From assembly GCF_009914755.1 (NCBI RefSeq), contig NC_060941.1: 64,000 nt of DNA; one strand, given 5' to 3'. Shown here piece by piece: positions 11,701-24,436 of this stretch. The notes under the pieces are model-generated. The model searched no databases. It had not been told where the DNA came from and saw only the letters and a program-made list of their open reading frames with translations. Positions within the stretch are counted from its first letter, which is position 1; each line of letters starts with the position of its first letter. Origin of the DNA: the human T2T-CHM13v2.0 reference genome, Homo sapiens. The position numbers were made by a program, and so were the translations under genes.

Positions 11701-14700
11701 ATCTTCACATGACATCTAGACAGAAGCATCCTCAGAAGCTTCTCTGTGATGACTGCATTCAACTCACGGAGTTGAACACTCCTTTTGAGAGCGCAGTTTT
11801 GAAACTCTCTTTCTGTGGCATCTGCAAGGGGACATGTAGACCTCTTTGAAGATTTCGTTGGAAACGGAATCATCTTCACATAAAAACTATACAGATGCAT
11901 TCTCAGGAACTTTTTGGTGATGTTTGTATTCAACTCCCAGAGTTGAACTTTCCTTTGGAAAGAGCAGCTATGAAACACTGTTTTTCTAGAATCTGCAAGT
12001 GGACGTTTGGAGGGCTTTGTGGTTTGTGGTGGAAAAGGAAATATCTTCACCTAAATACTAGATAGAAGCATTCTCAGAAACTGCTTTGTGATGATTGCAT
12101 TCACCTCACAGAGTTGAACATTCCTATTGATAGAGCAGTTTGGAAACACTCTTGTTGTGGAATGTGCAAGTGGAGATTTGGAGCGCTTTGAGGCCTATGG
12201 TAGTAAAGGGAATAGCTTCATAGAAAAACTAGACAGAAGCATTCTCAGAAAATACTTTGTGATGATTGAGTTTAACTCACAGAGCTGAACATTCCTTTGG
12301 ATGGAGCAGGTTTGAGACACACCTTTTGTAGAATCTACAAGTGGATATTTGGACCTCTCTGAGGATTTCGTTGGAAACGGGATAACTGCACCTAACTAAA
12401 CGGAAGCATTCTCAGAAACTTCTTGGTGATGTTTGCATTCAAATCCCAGAGTTGAACCTTCCTTTGATAGTTCAGGTTTGAAACACTCTTTTTGTAGGAT
12501 CTGCAAGTGGATATTTGGACCACTCTGTGGCCTTCGTTCGAAACGGGTACATCTTCGCATAAAATCTAGACAGAAGCCTTCTCAGAAACTTCTCTGTGAT
12601 GATTGCATTCAACTCACAGAGTTGAACCCTCCTATGGATAGAGCAGTGTTGAAACTCTCTTTTTGTGGAATCTGCAAGTGGATATGTGGACCTCTCCGAA
12701 GATGTCTTTGGAAACGGGAATATCTTCACATAAAAACTAAACAGAAGCATTCTCAGAAACTTCTCTGTGATGTTTGTGTTCAACTCCCAGAGTTTCACAT
12801 TGCTTTTCATAGAGTAGTTCTGAAACATGCTTTTCGTAGTGTCTACAAGTGGACATTTGGAGCGCTTTCAGGCCTGTGGTGGAAAACGAATTATGGTCAC
12901 ATAAAAACTGGAGAGAAGCATTGTCAGAAACTTCTTTGTGATGATTGCATTCAACTCACAGAGTTGAAGGTTCCTTTTCAAAGAGCAGTTTCCAATCACT
13001 CTTTGTGTGGAATCTGCAAGTGGATATTTGGACCTATTTTGAAGATTTCGTTGGAAACGGGAGAATCTTCACAGGAAAGCTAAACAGAAGCATTCTCAGA
13101 AACTTCTTTGTGATGCTTGCATTCAACTCACAGAGTTGAACTTTCCTTTCGAGAGAGAAGCTTTGAAACACTCTTTTTCCAGAATCTGCAAGTGGACATT
13201 TGGAGGGCTTTGAGGCCTGTGGTGGAAAAGGAATTATCTTCCCGTAAAAGCTAGATAGAAGCATTCTCAGAAACTACTTTGTGATGATTGCATTCAAGTC
13301 ACAGAGTTGAACATTCCCTTTGACAGAGCAGTTTGGAAACTCTCTTTGTGTAGAATCTGCAAGTGGAGATATGGACCGCTTTGAGGCCTATGGTAGTAAA
13401 GGAAATAGCTTCATATAAAAGCTAGACAGTAGCATTCACAGAAAACTCTTGGTGACGACTGAGTTTAACTCACAGAGCTGAACATTCCTTTGGATGGAGC
13501 AGTTTCGAAACACACTATTTGTAGAATGTGCAAGTGGATATTTAGGCCTCTCTGAGGATTTCGTTGGAAACGGGATAAACCGCACAGAACTAAACAGAAG
13601 CATTCTCAGAACCTTCTTCGTGATGTTTGCATTCAACTCACAGTGTTGAACCTTTCTTTGATAGTTCAGGTTTGAAACGGTCTTTCTGTAGAAACTGCAA
13701 GTAGATATTTGGACCTCTCTGAGGATTTCGTTGGAAAAGGGATAACCCGCACAGAACTAAAACAGAAGCATTCTCAGAACCCTCTTCGTGATGTTTGCAT
13801 TCAACTCACAGTGCTGAACCTTTCTTTGATAGTTCAGCTTTGAAACACTCTTTTTGTAGAAACTGCAAGTGGATATTTGGTCCTCTCTGAGGAATTCGTT
13901 GGAAACGGGATAAACTGCACAGAACTAAACAGAAGCATTCTCAGAACCTTCTTCGTGATGTCTGCATTCAACTCACAGTGTGGAACCTTTCTTTGATAGT
14001 TCAGGTTTGAAACACTCTTTTTGTAGAAACTGCAAGGGGATAATTGCACTCTTTGAGGAGTACCGTAGTAAAGGAAATAACTTCCTATAAAAAGAAGACA
14101 GAAGCTTTCTCAGAAAATTCTTTGGGATGATTGAGTTGAACTCACAGAGCTGAGCATTCCTTGCGATGTAGCAGTTTAGAAACACACTTTCTGCAGAATC
14201 TGCAAGTGCATATTTGGACCTCTGTGAGGAATTCGTTGGAAACGGGATAATTTCAGCTGACTAAACAGAAGCAGTCTCAGAATCTTCTTTGTGATGTTTG
14301 CATTCAAATCCCCGAGTTGAACTTTCCTTTCAAAGTTCACGTTTGAAACACTCTTTTTGCAGGATCTACAAGTGGATATTTGGACCACTCTGTGTCCTTC
14401 GTTCGAAACGGGTATATCTTCACATGACATCTAGACAGAAGCATCCTCAGAAGCTTCTCTGTGATGACTGCATTCAACTCACGGAGTTGAACACTCCTTT
14501 TGAGAGCGCAGTTTTGAAACTCTCTTTCTGTGGCATCTGCAAGGGGACATGTAGACCTCTTTGAAGATTTCGTTGGAAACGGAATCATCTTCACATAAAA
14601 ACTATACAGATGCATTCTCAGGAACTTTTTGGTGATGTTTGTATTCAACTCCCAGAGTTGAACTTTCCTTTGGAAAGAGCAGCTATGAAACACTCTTTTT

Positions 14701-17700
14701 CTAGAATCTGCAAGTGGACGTTTGGAGGGCTTTGTGGTTTGTGGTGGAAAAGGAAATATCTTCACCTAAATACTAGATAGAAGCATTCTCAGAAACTGCT
14801 TTGTGATGATTGCATTCACCTCACAGAGTTGAACATTCCTATTGATAGAGCAGTTTGGAAACACTCTTGTTGTGGAATGTGCAAGTGGAGATTTGGAGCG
14901 CTTTGAGGCCTATGGTAGTAAAGGGAATAGCTTCATAGAAAAACTAGACAGAAGCATTCTCAGAAAATACTTTGTGATGATTGAGTTTAACTCACAGAGC
15001 TGAACATTCCTTTGGATGGAGCAGGTTTGAGACACACCTTTTGTAGAATCTACAAGTGGATATTTGGACCTCTCTGAGGATTTCGTTGGAAACGGGATAA
15101 CTGCACCTAACTAAACGGAAGCATTCTCAGAAACTTCTTGGTGATGTTTGCATTCAAATCCCAGAGTTGAACCTTCCTTTGATAGTTCAGGTTTGAAACA
15201 CTCTTTTTGTAGGATCTGCAAGTGGATATTTGGACCACTCTGTGGCCTTCGTTCGAAACGGGTACATCTTCGCATAAAATCTAGACAGAAGCCTTCTCAG
15301 AAACTTCTCTGTGATGATTGCATTCAACTCACAGAGTTGAACCCTCCTATGGATAGAGCAGTGTTGAAACTCTCTTTTTGTGGAATCTGCAAGTGGATAT
15401 GTGGACCTCTCCGAAGATGTCTTTGGAAACGGGAATATCTTCACATAAAAACTTAACAGAAGCATTCTCAGAAACTTCTCTGTGATGTTTGTGTTCAACT
15501 CCCAGAGTTTCACATTGCTTTTCATAGAGTAGTTCTGAAACATGCTTTTCGTAGTGTCTACAAGTGGACATTTGGAGCGCTTTCAGGCCTGTGGTGGAAA
15601 ACGAATTATGGTCACATAAAAACTGGAGAGAAGCATTGTCAGAAACTTCTTTGTGATGATTGCATTCAACTCACAGAGTTGAAGGTTCCTTTTCAAAGAG
15701 CAGTTTCCAATCACTCTTTGTGTGGAATCTGCAAGTGGATATTTGGACCTATTTTGAAGATTTCGTTGGAAACGGGAGAATCTTCACAGGAAAGCTAAAC
15801 AGAAGCATTCTCAGAAACTTCTTTGTGATGCTTGCATTCAACTCACAGAGTTGAACTTTCCTTTCGAGAGAGAAGCTTTGAAACACTCTTTTTCCAGAAT
15901 CTGCAAGTGGACATTTGGAGGGCTTTGAGGCCTGTGGTGGAAAAGGAATTATCTTCCCGTAAAAGCTAGATAGAAGCATTCTCAGAAACTACTTTGTGAT
16001 GATTGCATTCAAGTCACAGAGTTGAACATTCCCTTTGACAGAGCAGTTTGGAAACTCTCTTTGTGTAGAATCTGCAAGTGGAGATATGGACCGCTTTGAG
16101 GCCTATGGTAGTAAAGGAAATAGCTTCATATAAAAGCTAGACAGTAGCATTCACAGAAAACTCTTGGTGACGACTGAGTTTAACTCACAGAGCTGAACAT
16201 TCCTTTGGATGGAGCAGTTTCGAAACACACTATTTGTAGAATGTGCAAGTGGATATTTAGGCCTCTCTGAGGATTTCGTTGGAAACGGGATAAACCGCAC
16301 AGAACTAAACAGAAGCATTCTCAGAACCTTCTTCGTGATGTTTGCATTCAACTCACAGTGTTGAACCTTTCTTTGATAGTTCAGGTTTGAAACGGTCTTT
16401 CTGTAGAAACTGCAAGTAGATATTTGGACCTCTCTGAGGATTTCGTTGGAAACGGGATAACCCGCACAGAACTAAAACAGAAGCATTCTCAGAACCCTCT
16501 TCGTGATGTTTGCATTCAACTCACAGTGCTGAACCTTTCTTTGATAGTTCAGCTTTGAAACACTCTTTTTGTAGAAACTGCAAGTGGATATTTGGTCCTC
16601 TCTGAGGAATTCGTTGGAAACGGGATAAACTGCACAGAACTAAACAGAAGCATTCTCAGAACCTTCTTCGTGATGTCTGCATTCAACTCACAGTGTGGAA
16701 CCTTTCTTTGATAGTTCAGGTTTGAAACACTCTTTTTGTAGAAACTGCAAGGGGATAATTGCACTCTTTGAGGAGTACCGTAGTAAAGGAAATAACTTCC
16801 TCTAAAAAGAAGACAGAAGCTTTCTCAGAAAATTCTTTGGGATGATTGAGTTGAACTCACAGAGCTGAGCATTCCTTGCGATGTAGCAGTTTAGAAACAC
16901 ACTTTCTGCAGAATCTGCAAGTGCATATTTGGACCTCTGTGAGGAATTCGTTGGAAACGGGATAATTTCAGCTGACTAAACAGAAGCAGTCTCAGAATCT
17001 TCTTTGTGATGTTTGCATTCAAATCCCCGAGTTGAACTTTCCTTTCAAAGTTCACGTTTGAAACACTCTTTTTGCAGGATCTACAAGTGGATATTTGGAC
17101 CACTCTGTGTCCTTCGTTCGAAACGGGTATATCTTCACATGACATCTAGACAGAAGCATCCTCAGAAGCTTCTCTGTGATGACTGCATTCAACTCACGGA
17201 GTTGAACACTCCTTTTGAGAGCGCAGTTTTGAAACTCTCTTTCTGTGGCATCTGCAAGGGGACATGTAGACCTCTTTGAAGATTTCGTTGGAAACGGAAT
17301 CATCTTCACATAAAAACTATACAGATGCATTCTCAGGAACTTTTTGGTGATGTTTGTATTCAACTCCCAGAGTTGAACTTTCCTTTGGAAAGAGCAGCTA
17401 TGAAACACTCTTTTTCTAGAATCTGCAAGTGGACGTTTGGAGGGCTTTGTGGTTTGTGGTGGAAAAGGAAATATCTTCACCTAAATACTAGATAGAAGCA
17501 TTCTCAGAAACTGCTTTGTGATGATTGCATTCACCTCACAGAGTTGAACATTCCTATTGATAGAGCAGTTTGGAAACACTCTTGTTGTGGAATGTGCAAG
17601 TGGAGATTTGGAGCGCTTTGAGGCCTATGGTAGTAAAGGGAATAGCTTCATAGAAAAACTAGACAGAAGCATTCTCAGAAAATACTTTGTGATGATTGAG

Positions 17701-20700
17701 TTTAACTCACAGAGCTGAACATTCCTTTGGATGGAGCAGGTTTGAGACACACCTTTTGTAGAATCTACAAGTGGATATTTGGACCTCTCTGAGGATTTCG
17801 TTGGAAACGGGATAACTGCACCTAACTAAACGGAAGCATTCTCAGAAACTTCTTGGTGATGTTTGCATTCAAATCCCAGAGTTGAACCTTCCTTTGATAG
17901 TTCAGGTTTGAAACACTCTTTTTGTAGGATCTGCAAGTGGATATTTGGACCACTCTGTGGCCTTCGTTCGAAACGGGTACATCTTCGCATAAAATCTAGA
18001 CAGAAGCCTTCTCAGAAACTTCTCTGTGATGATTGCATTCAACTCACAGAGTTGAACCCTCCTATGGATAGAGCAGTGTTGAAACTCTCTTTTTGTGGAA
18101 TCTGCAAGTGGATATGTGGACCTCTCCGAAGATGTCTTTGGAAACGGGAATATCTTCACATAAAAACTTAACAGAAGCATTCTCAGAAACTTCTCTGTGA
18201 TGTTTGTGTTCAACTCCCAGAGTTTCACATTGCTTTTCATAGAGTAGTTCTGAAACATGCTTTTCGTAGTGTCTACAAGTGGACATTTGGAGCGCTTTCA
18301 GGCCTGTGGTGGAAAACGAATTATGGTCACATAAAAACTGGAGAGAAGCATTGTCAGAAACTTCTTTGTGATGATTGCATTCAACTCACAGAGTTGAAGG
18401 TTCCTTTTCAAAGAGCAGTTTCCAATCACTCTTTGTGTGGAATCTGCAAGTGGATATTTGGACCTATTTTGAAGATTTCGTTGGAAACGGGAGAATCTTC
18501 ACAGGAAAGCTAAACAGAAGCATTCTCAGAAACTTCTTTGTGATGCTTGCATTCAACTCACAGAGTTGAACTTTCCTTTCGAGAGAGAAGCTTTGAAACA
18601 CTCTTTTTCCAGAATCTGCAAGTGGACATTTGGAGGGCTTTGAGGCCTGTGGTGGAAAAGGAATTATCTTCCCGTAAAAGCTAGATAGAAGCATTCTCAG
18701 AAACTACTTTGTGATGATTGCATTCAAGTCACAGAGTTGAACATTCCCTTTGACAGAGCAGTTTGGAAACTCTCTTTGTGTAGAATCTGCAAGTGGAGAT
18801 ATGGACCGCTTTGAGGCCTATGGTAGTAAAGGAAATAGCTTCATATAAAAGCTAGACAGTAGCATTCACAGAAAACTCTTGGTGACGACTGAGTTTAACT
18901 CACAGAGCTGAACATTCCTTTGGATGGAGCAGTTTCGAAACACACTATTTGTAGAATGTGCAAGTGGATATTTAGGCCTCTCTGAGGATTTCGTTGGAAA
19001 CGGGATAAACCGCACAGAACTAAACAGAAGCATTCTCAGAACCTTCTTCGTGATGTTTGCATTCAACTCACAGTGTTGAACCTTTCTTTGATAGTTCAGG
19101 TTTGAAACGGTCTTTCTGTAGAAACTGCAAGTAGATATTTGGACCTCTCTGAGGATTTCGTTGGAAACGGGATAACCCGCACAGAACTAAAACAGAAGCA
19201 TTCTCAGAACCCTCTTCGTGATGTTTGCATTCAACTCACAGTGCTGAACCTTTCTTTGATAGTTCAGCTTTGAAACACTCTTTTTGTAGAAACTGCAAGT
19301 GGATATTTGGTCCTCTCTGAGGATTTCGTTGGAAACGGGATAAACTGCACAGAACTAAACAGAAGCATTCTCAGAACCTTCTTCGTGATGTCTGCATTCA
19401 ACTCACAGTGTGGAACCTTTCTTTGATAGTTCAGGTTTGAAACACTCTTTTTGTAGAAACTGCAAGGGGATAATTGCACTCTTTGAGGAGTACCGTAGTA
19501 AAGGAAATAACTTCCTATAAAAAGAAGACAGAAGCTTTCTCAGAAAATTCTTTGGGATGATTGAGTTGAACTCACAGAGCTGAGCATTCCTTGCGATGTA
19601 GCAGTTTAGAAACACACTTTCTGCAGAATCTGCAAGTGCATATTTGGACCTCTGTGAGGAATTCGTTGGAAACGGGATAATTTCAGCTGACTAAACAGAA
19701 GCAGTCTCAGAATCTTCTTTGTGATGTTTGCATTCAAATCCCCGAGTTGAACTTTCCTTTCAAAGTTCACGTTTGAAACACTCTTTTTGCAGGATCTACA
19801 AGTGGATATTTGGACCACTCTGTGTCCTTCGTTCGAAACGGGTATATCTTCACATGACATCTAGACAGAAGCATCCTCAGAAGCTTCTCTGTGATGATTG
19901 CATTCAACTCACGGAGTTGAACACTCCTTTTGAGAGCGCAGTTTTGAAACTCTCTTTCTGTGGCATCTGCAAGGGGACATGTAGACCTCTTTGAAGATTT
20001 CGTTGGAAACGGAATCATCTTCACATAAAAACTACACAGATGCATTCTCAGGAACTTTTTGGTGATGTTTGTATTCAACTCCCAGAGTTGAACTTTCCTT
20101 TGGAAAGAGCAGCTATGAAACACTGTTTTTCTAGAATCTGCAAGTGGACGTTTGGAGGGCTTTGTGGTTTGTGGTGGAAAAGGAAATATCTTCACCTAAA
20201 TACTAGATAGAAGCATTCTCAGAAACTGCTTTGTGATGATTGCATTCACCTCACAGAGTTGAACATTCCTATTGATAGAGCAGTTTGGAAACACTCTTGT
20301 TGTGGAATGTGCAAGTGGAGATTTGGAGTGCTTTGAGGCCTACGGTAGTAAAGGGAATAGCTTCATAGAAAAACTAGACAGAAGCATTCTCAGAAAATAC
20401 TTTGTGATGATTGAGTTTAACTCACAGAGCTGAACATTCCTTTGGATGGAGCAGGTTTGAGACACACTTTTTGTAGAATCTACAAGTGGATATTTGGACC
20501 TCTCTGAGGATTTCGTTGGAAACGGGATAACTGCACCTAACTAAACGGATGCATTCTCAGAAACTTCTTGGTGATGTTTGCATTCAAATCCCAGAGTTGA
20601 ACCTTCCTTTGATAGTTCAGGTTTGAAACACTCTTTTTGTAGGATCTGCAAGTGGATATTTGGACCACTCTGTGGCCTTCGTTCGAAACGGGTATATCTT

Positions 20701-21720
20701 CGCATAAAATCTAGACAGAAGCCTTCTCAGAAACTTCTCTGTGATGATTGCATTCAACTCACAGAGTTGAACCCTCCTATGGATAGAGCAGTGTTGAAAC
20801 TCTCTTTTTGTGGAATCTGCAAGTGGATATGTGGACCTCTCCGAAGATGTCTTTGGAAACGGGAATATCTTCACATAAAAACTAAACAGAAGCATTCTCA
20901 GAAACTTCTCTGTGATGTTTGTGTTCAACTCCCAGAGTTTCACATTGCTTTTCATAGAGTAGTTCTGAAACATGCTTTTCGTAGTGTCTACAAGTGGACA
21001 TTTGGAGCGCTTTCAGGCCTGTGGTGGAAAACGAATTATGGTCACATAAAAACTGGAGAGAAGCATTGTCAGAAACTTCTTTGTGATGATTGCATTCAAC
21101 TCACAGAGTTGAAGGTTCCTTTTCAAAGAGCAGTTTCCAATCACTCTTTCTGTGGAATCTGCAAGTGGATATTTGGACCTATTTTGAAGATTTCGTTGGA
21201 AACGGGAGAATCTTCACAGGAAAGCTAAACAGAAGCATTCTCAGAAACTTCTTTGTGATGCTTGCATTCAACTCACAGAGTTGAACTTTCCTTTCGAGAG
21301 AGAAGCTTTGAAACACTCTTTTTCCAGAATCTGCAAGTGGACATTTGGAGGGCTTTGAGGCCTGTGGTGGAAAAGGAATTATCTTCCCGTAAAAGCTAGA
21401 TAGAAGCATTCTCAGAAACTACTTTGTGATGATTGCATTCAAGTCACAGAGTTGAACATTCCCTTTGACAGAGCAGTTTGGAAACTCTCTTTGTGTAGAA
21501 TCTGCAAGTGGAGATATGGACCGCTTTGAGGCCTATGGTAGTAAAGGAAATAGCTTCATATAAAAGCTAGACAGTAGCATTCACAGAAAACTCTTGGTGA
21601 CGACTGAGTTTAACTCACAGAGCTGAACATTCCTTTGGATGGAGCAGTTTCGAAACACACTATTTGTAGAATGTGCAAGTGGATATTTAGGCCTCTCTGA
21701 GGATTTCGTTGGAAACGGGA

Positions 21721-24436
21721 TAAACCGCACAGAACTAAACAGAAGCATTCTCAGAACCTTCTTCGTGATGTTTGCATTCAACTCACAGTGTTGAACCTTT
21801 CTTTGATAGTTCAGGTTTGAAACGGTCTTTCTGCAGAAACTGCAAGTAGATATTTGGACCGCTCTGAGGATTTCGTTGGAAACGGGATAACCCGCACAGA
21901 ACTAAAACAGAAGCATTCTCAGAACCCTCTTCGTGATGTTTGCATTCAACTCACAGTGCTGAACCTTTCTTTGATAGTTCAGCTTTGAAACTCTCTTTTT
22001 GTAGAAAGTGCAAGTGGATATTTGGTCCTCTCTGAGGATTTCGTTGGAAACGGGATAAACTGCACAGAACTAAACAGAAGCATTCTCAGAACCTTCTTCG
22101 TGATGTCTGCATTCAACTCACAGTGTGGAACCTTTCTTTGATAGTTCAGGTTTGAAACACTCTTTTTGTAGAAACTGCAAGGGGATAATTGCACTCTTTG
22201 AGGAGTACCGTAGTAAAGGAAATAACTTCCTATAAAAAGAAGACAGAAGCTTTCTCAGAAAATTCTTTGGGATGATTGAGTTGAACTCACAGAGCTGAGC
22301 ATTCCTTGCGATGTAGCAGTTTAGAAACACACTTTCTGCAGAATCTGCAAGTGCATATTTGGACCTCTGTGAGGAATTCGTTGGAAACGGGATAATTTCA
22401 GCTGACTAAACAGAAGCAGTCTCAGAATCTTCTTTATGATGTTTGCATTCAAATCCCCGAGTTGAACTTTCCTTTCAAAGTTCACGTTTGAAACACTCTT
22501 TTTGCAGGATCTACAAGTGGATATTTGGACCACTCTGTGTCCTTCGTTCGAAACGGGTATATCTTCACATGACATCTAGACAGAAGCATCCTCAGAAGCT
22601 TCTCTGTGATGACTGCATTCAACTCACGGAGTTGAACACTCCTTTTGAGAGCGCAGTTTTGAAACTCTCTTTCTGTGGCATCTGCAAGGGGACATGTAGA
22701 CCTCTTTGAAGATTTCGTTGGAAACGGAATCATCTTCACATAAAAACTATACAGATGCATTCTCAGGAACTTTTTGGTGATGTTTGTATTCAACTCCCAG
22801 AGTTGAACTTTCCTTTGGAAAGAGCAGCTATGAAACACTCTTTTTCTAGAATCTGCAAGTGGACGTTTGGAGGGCTTTGTGGTTTGTGGTGGAAAAGGAA
22901 ATATCTTCACCTAAATACTAGATAGAAGCATTCTCAGAAACTGCTTTGTGATGATTGCATTCACCTCACAGAGTTGAACATTCCTATTGATAGAGCAGTT
23001 TGGAAACACTCTTGTTGTGGAATGTGCAAGTGGAGATTTGGAGCGCTTTGAGGCCTATGGTAGTAAAGGGAATAGCTTCATAGAAAAACTAGACAGAAGC
23101 ATTCTCAGAAAATACTTTGTGATGATTGAGTTTAACTCACAGAGCTGAACATTCCTTTGGATGGAGCAGGTTTGAGACACACCTTTTGTAGAATCTACAA
23201 GTGGATATTTGGACCTCTCCTGAGGATTTCGTTGGAAACGGGATAACTGCACCTAACTAAACGGAAGCATTCTCAGAAACTTCTTGGTGATGTTTGCATT
23301 CAAATCCCAGAGTTGAACCTTCCTTTGATAGTTCAGGTTTGAAACACTCTTTTTGTAGGATCTGCAAGTGGATATTTGGACCACTCTGTGGCCTTCGTTC
23401 GAAACGGGTATATCTTCGCATAAAATCTAGACAGAAGCCTTCTCAGAAACTTCTCTGTGATGATTGCATTCAACTCACAGAGTTGAACCCTCCTATGGAT
23501 AGAGCAGTGTTGAAACTCTCTTTTTGTGGAATCTGCAAGTGGATATGTGGACCTCTCCGAAGATGTCTTTGGAAACGGGAATATCTTCACATAAAAACTA
23601 AACAGAAGCATTCTCAGAAACTTCTCTGTGATGTTTGTGTTCAACTCCCAGAGTTTCACATTGCTTTTCATAGAGTAGTTCTGAAACATGCTTTTCGTAG
23701 TGTCTACAAGTGGACATTTGGAGCGCTTTCAGGCCTGTGGTGGAAAACGAATTATGGTCACATAAAAACTGGAGAGAAGCATTGTCAGAAACTTCTTTGT
23801 GATGATTGCATTCAACTCACAGAGTTGAAGGTTCCTTTTCAAAGAGCAGTTTCCAATCACTCTTTGTGTGGAATCTGCAAGTGGATATTTGGACCTATTT
23901 TGAAGATTTCGTTGGAAACGGGAGAATCTTCACAGGAAAGCTAAACAGAAGCATTCTCAGAAACTTCTTTGTGATGCTTGCATTCAACTCACAGAGTTGA
24001 ACTTTCCTTTCGAGAGAGAAGCTTTGAAACACTCTTTTTCCAGAATCTGCAAGTGGACATTTGGAGGGCTTTGAGGCCTGTGGTGGAAAAGGAATTATCT
24101 TCCCGTAAAAGCTAGATAGAAGCATTCTCAGAAACTACTTTGTGATGATTGCATTCAAGTCACAGAGTTGAACATTCCCTTTGACAGAGCAGTTTGGAAA
24201 CTCTCTTTGTGTAGAATCTGCAAGTGGAGATATGGACCGCTTTGAGGCCTATGGTAGTAAAGGAAATAGCTTCATATAAAAGCTAGACAGTAGCATTCAC
24301 AGAAAACTCTTGGTGACGACTGAGTTTAACTCACAGAGCTGAACATTCCTTTGGATGGAGCAGTTTCGAAACACACTATTTGTAGAATGTGCAAGTGGAT
24401 ATTTAGGCCTCTCTGAGGATTTCGTTGGAAACGGGA
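21721..24436. repeat. HOR unit 9, 2716-bp variant (+C at about 23220)
   Basis: GGACCTCTCCTGAGG instead of GGACCTCTCTGAGG; ORF spacing becomes 2716. Confidence 0.93.
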
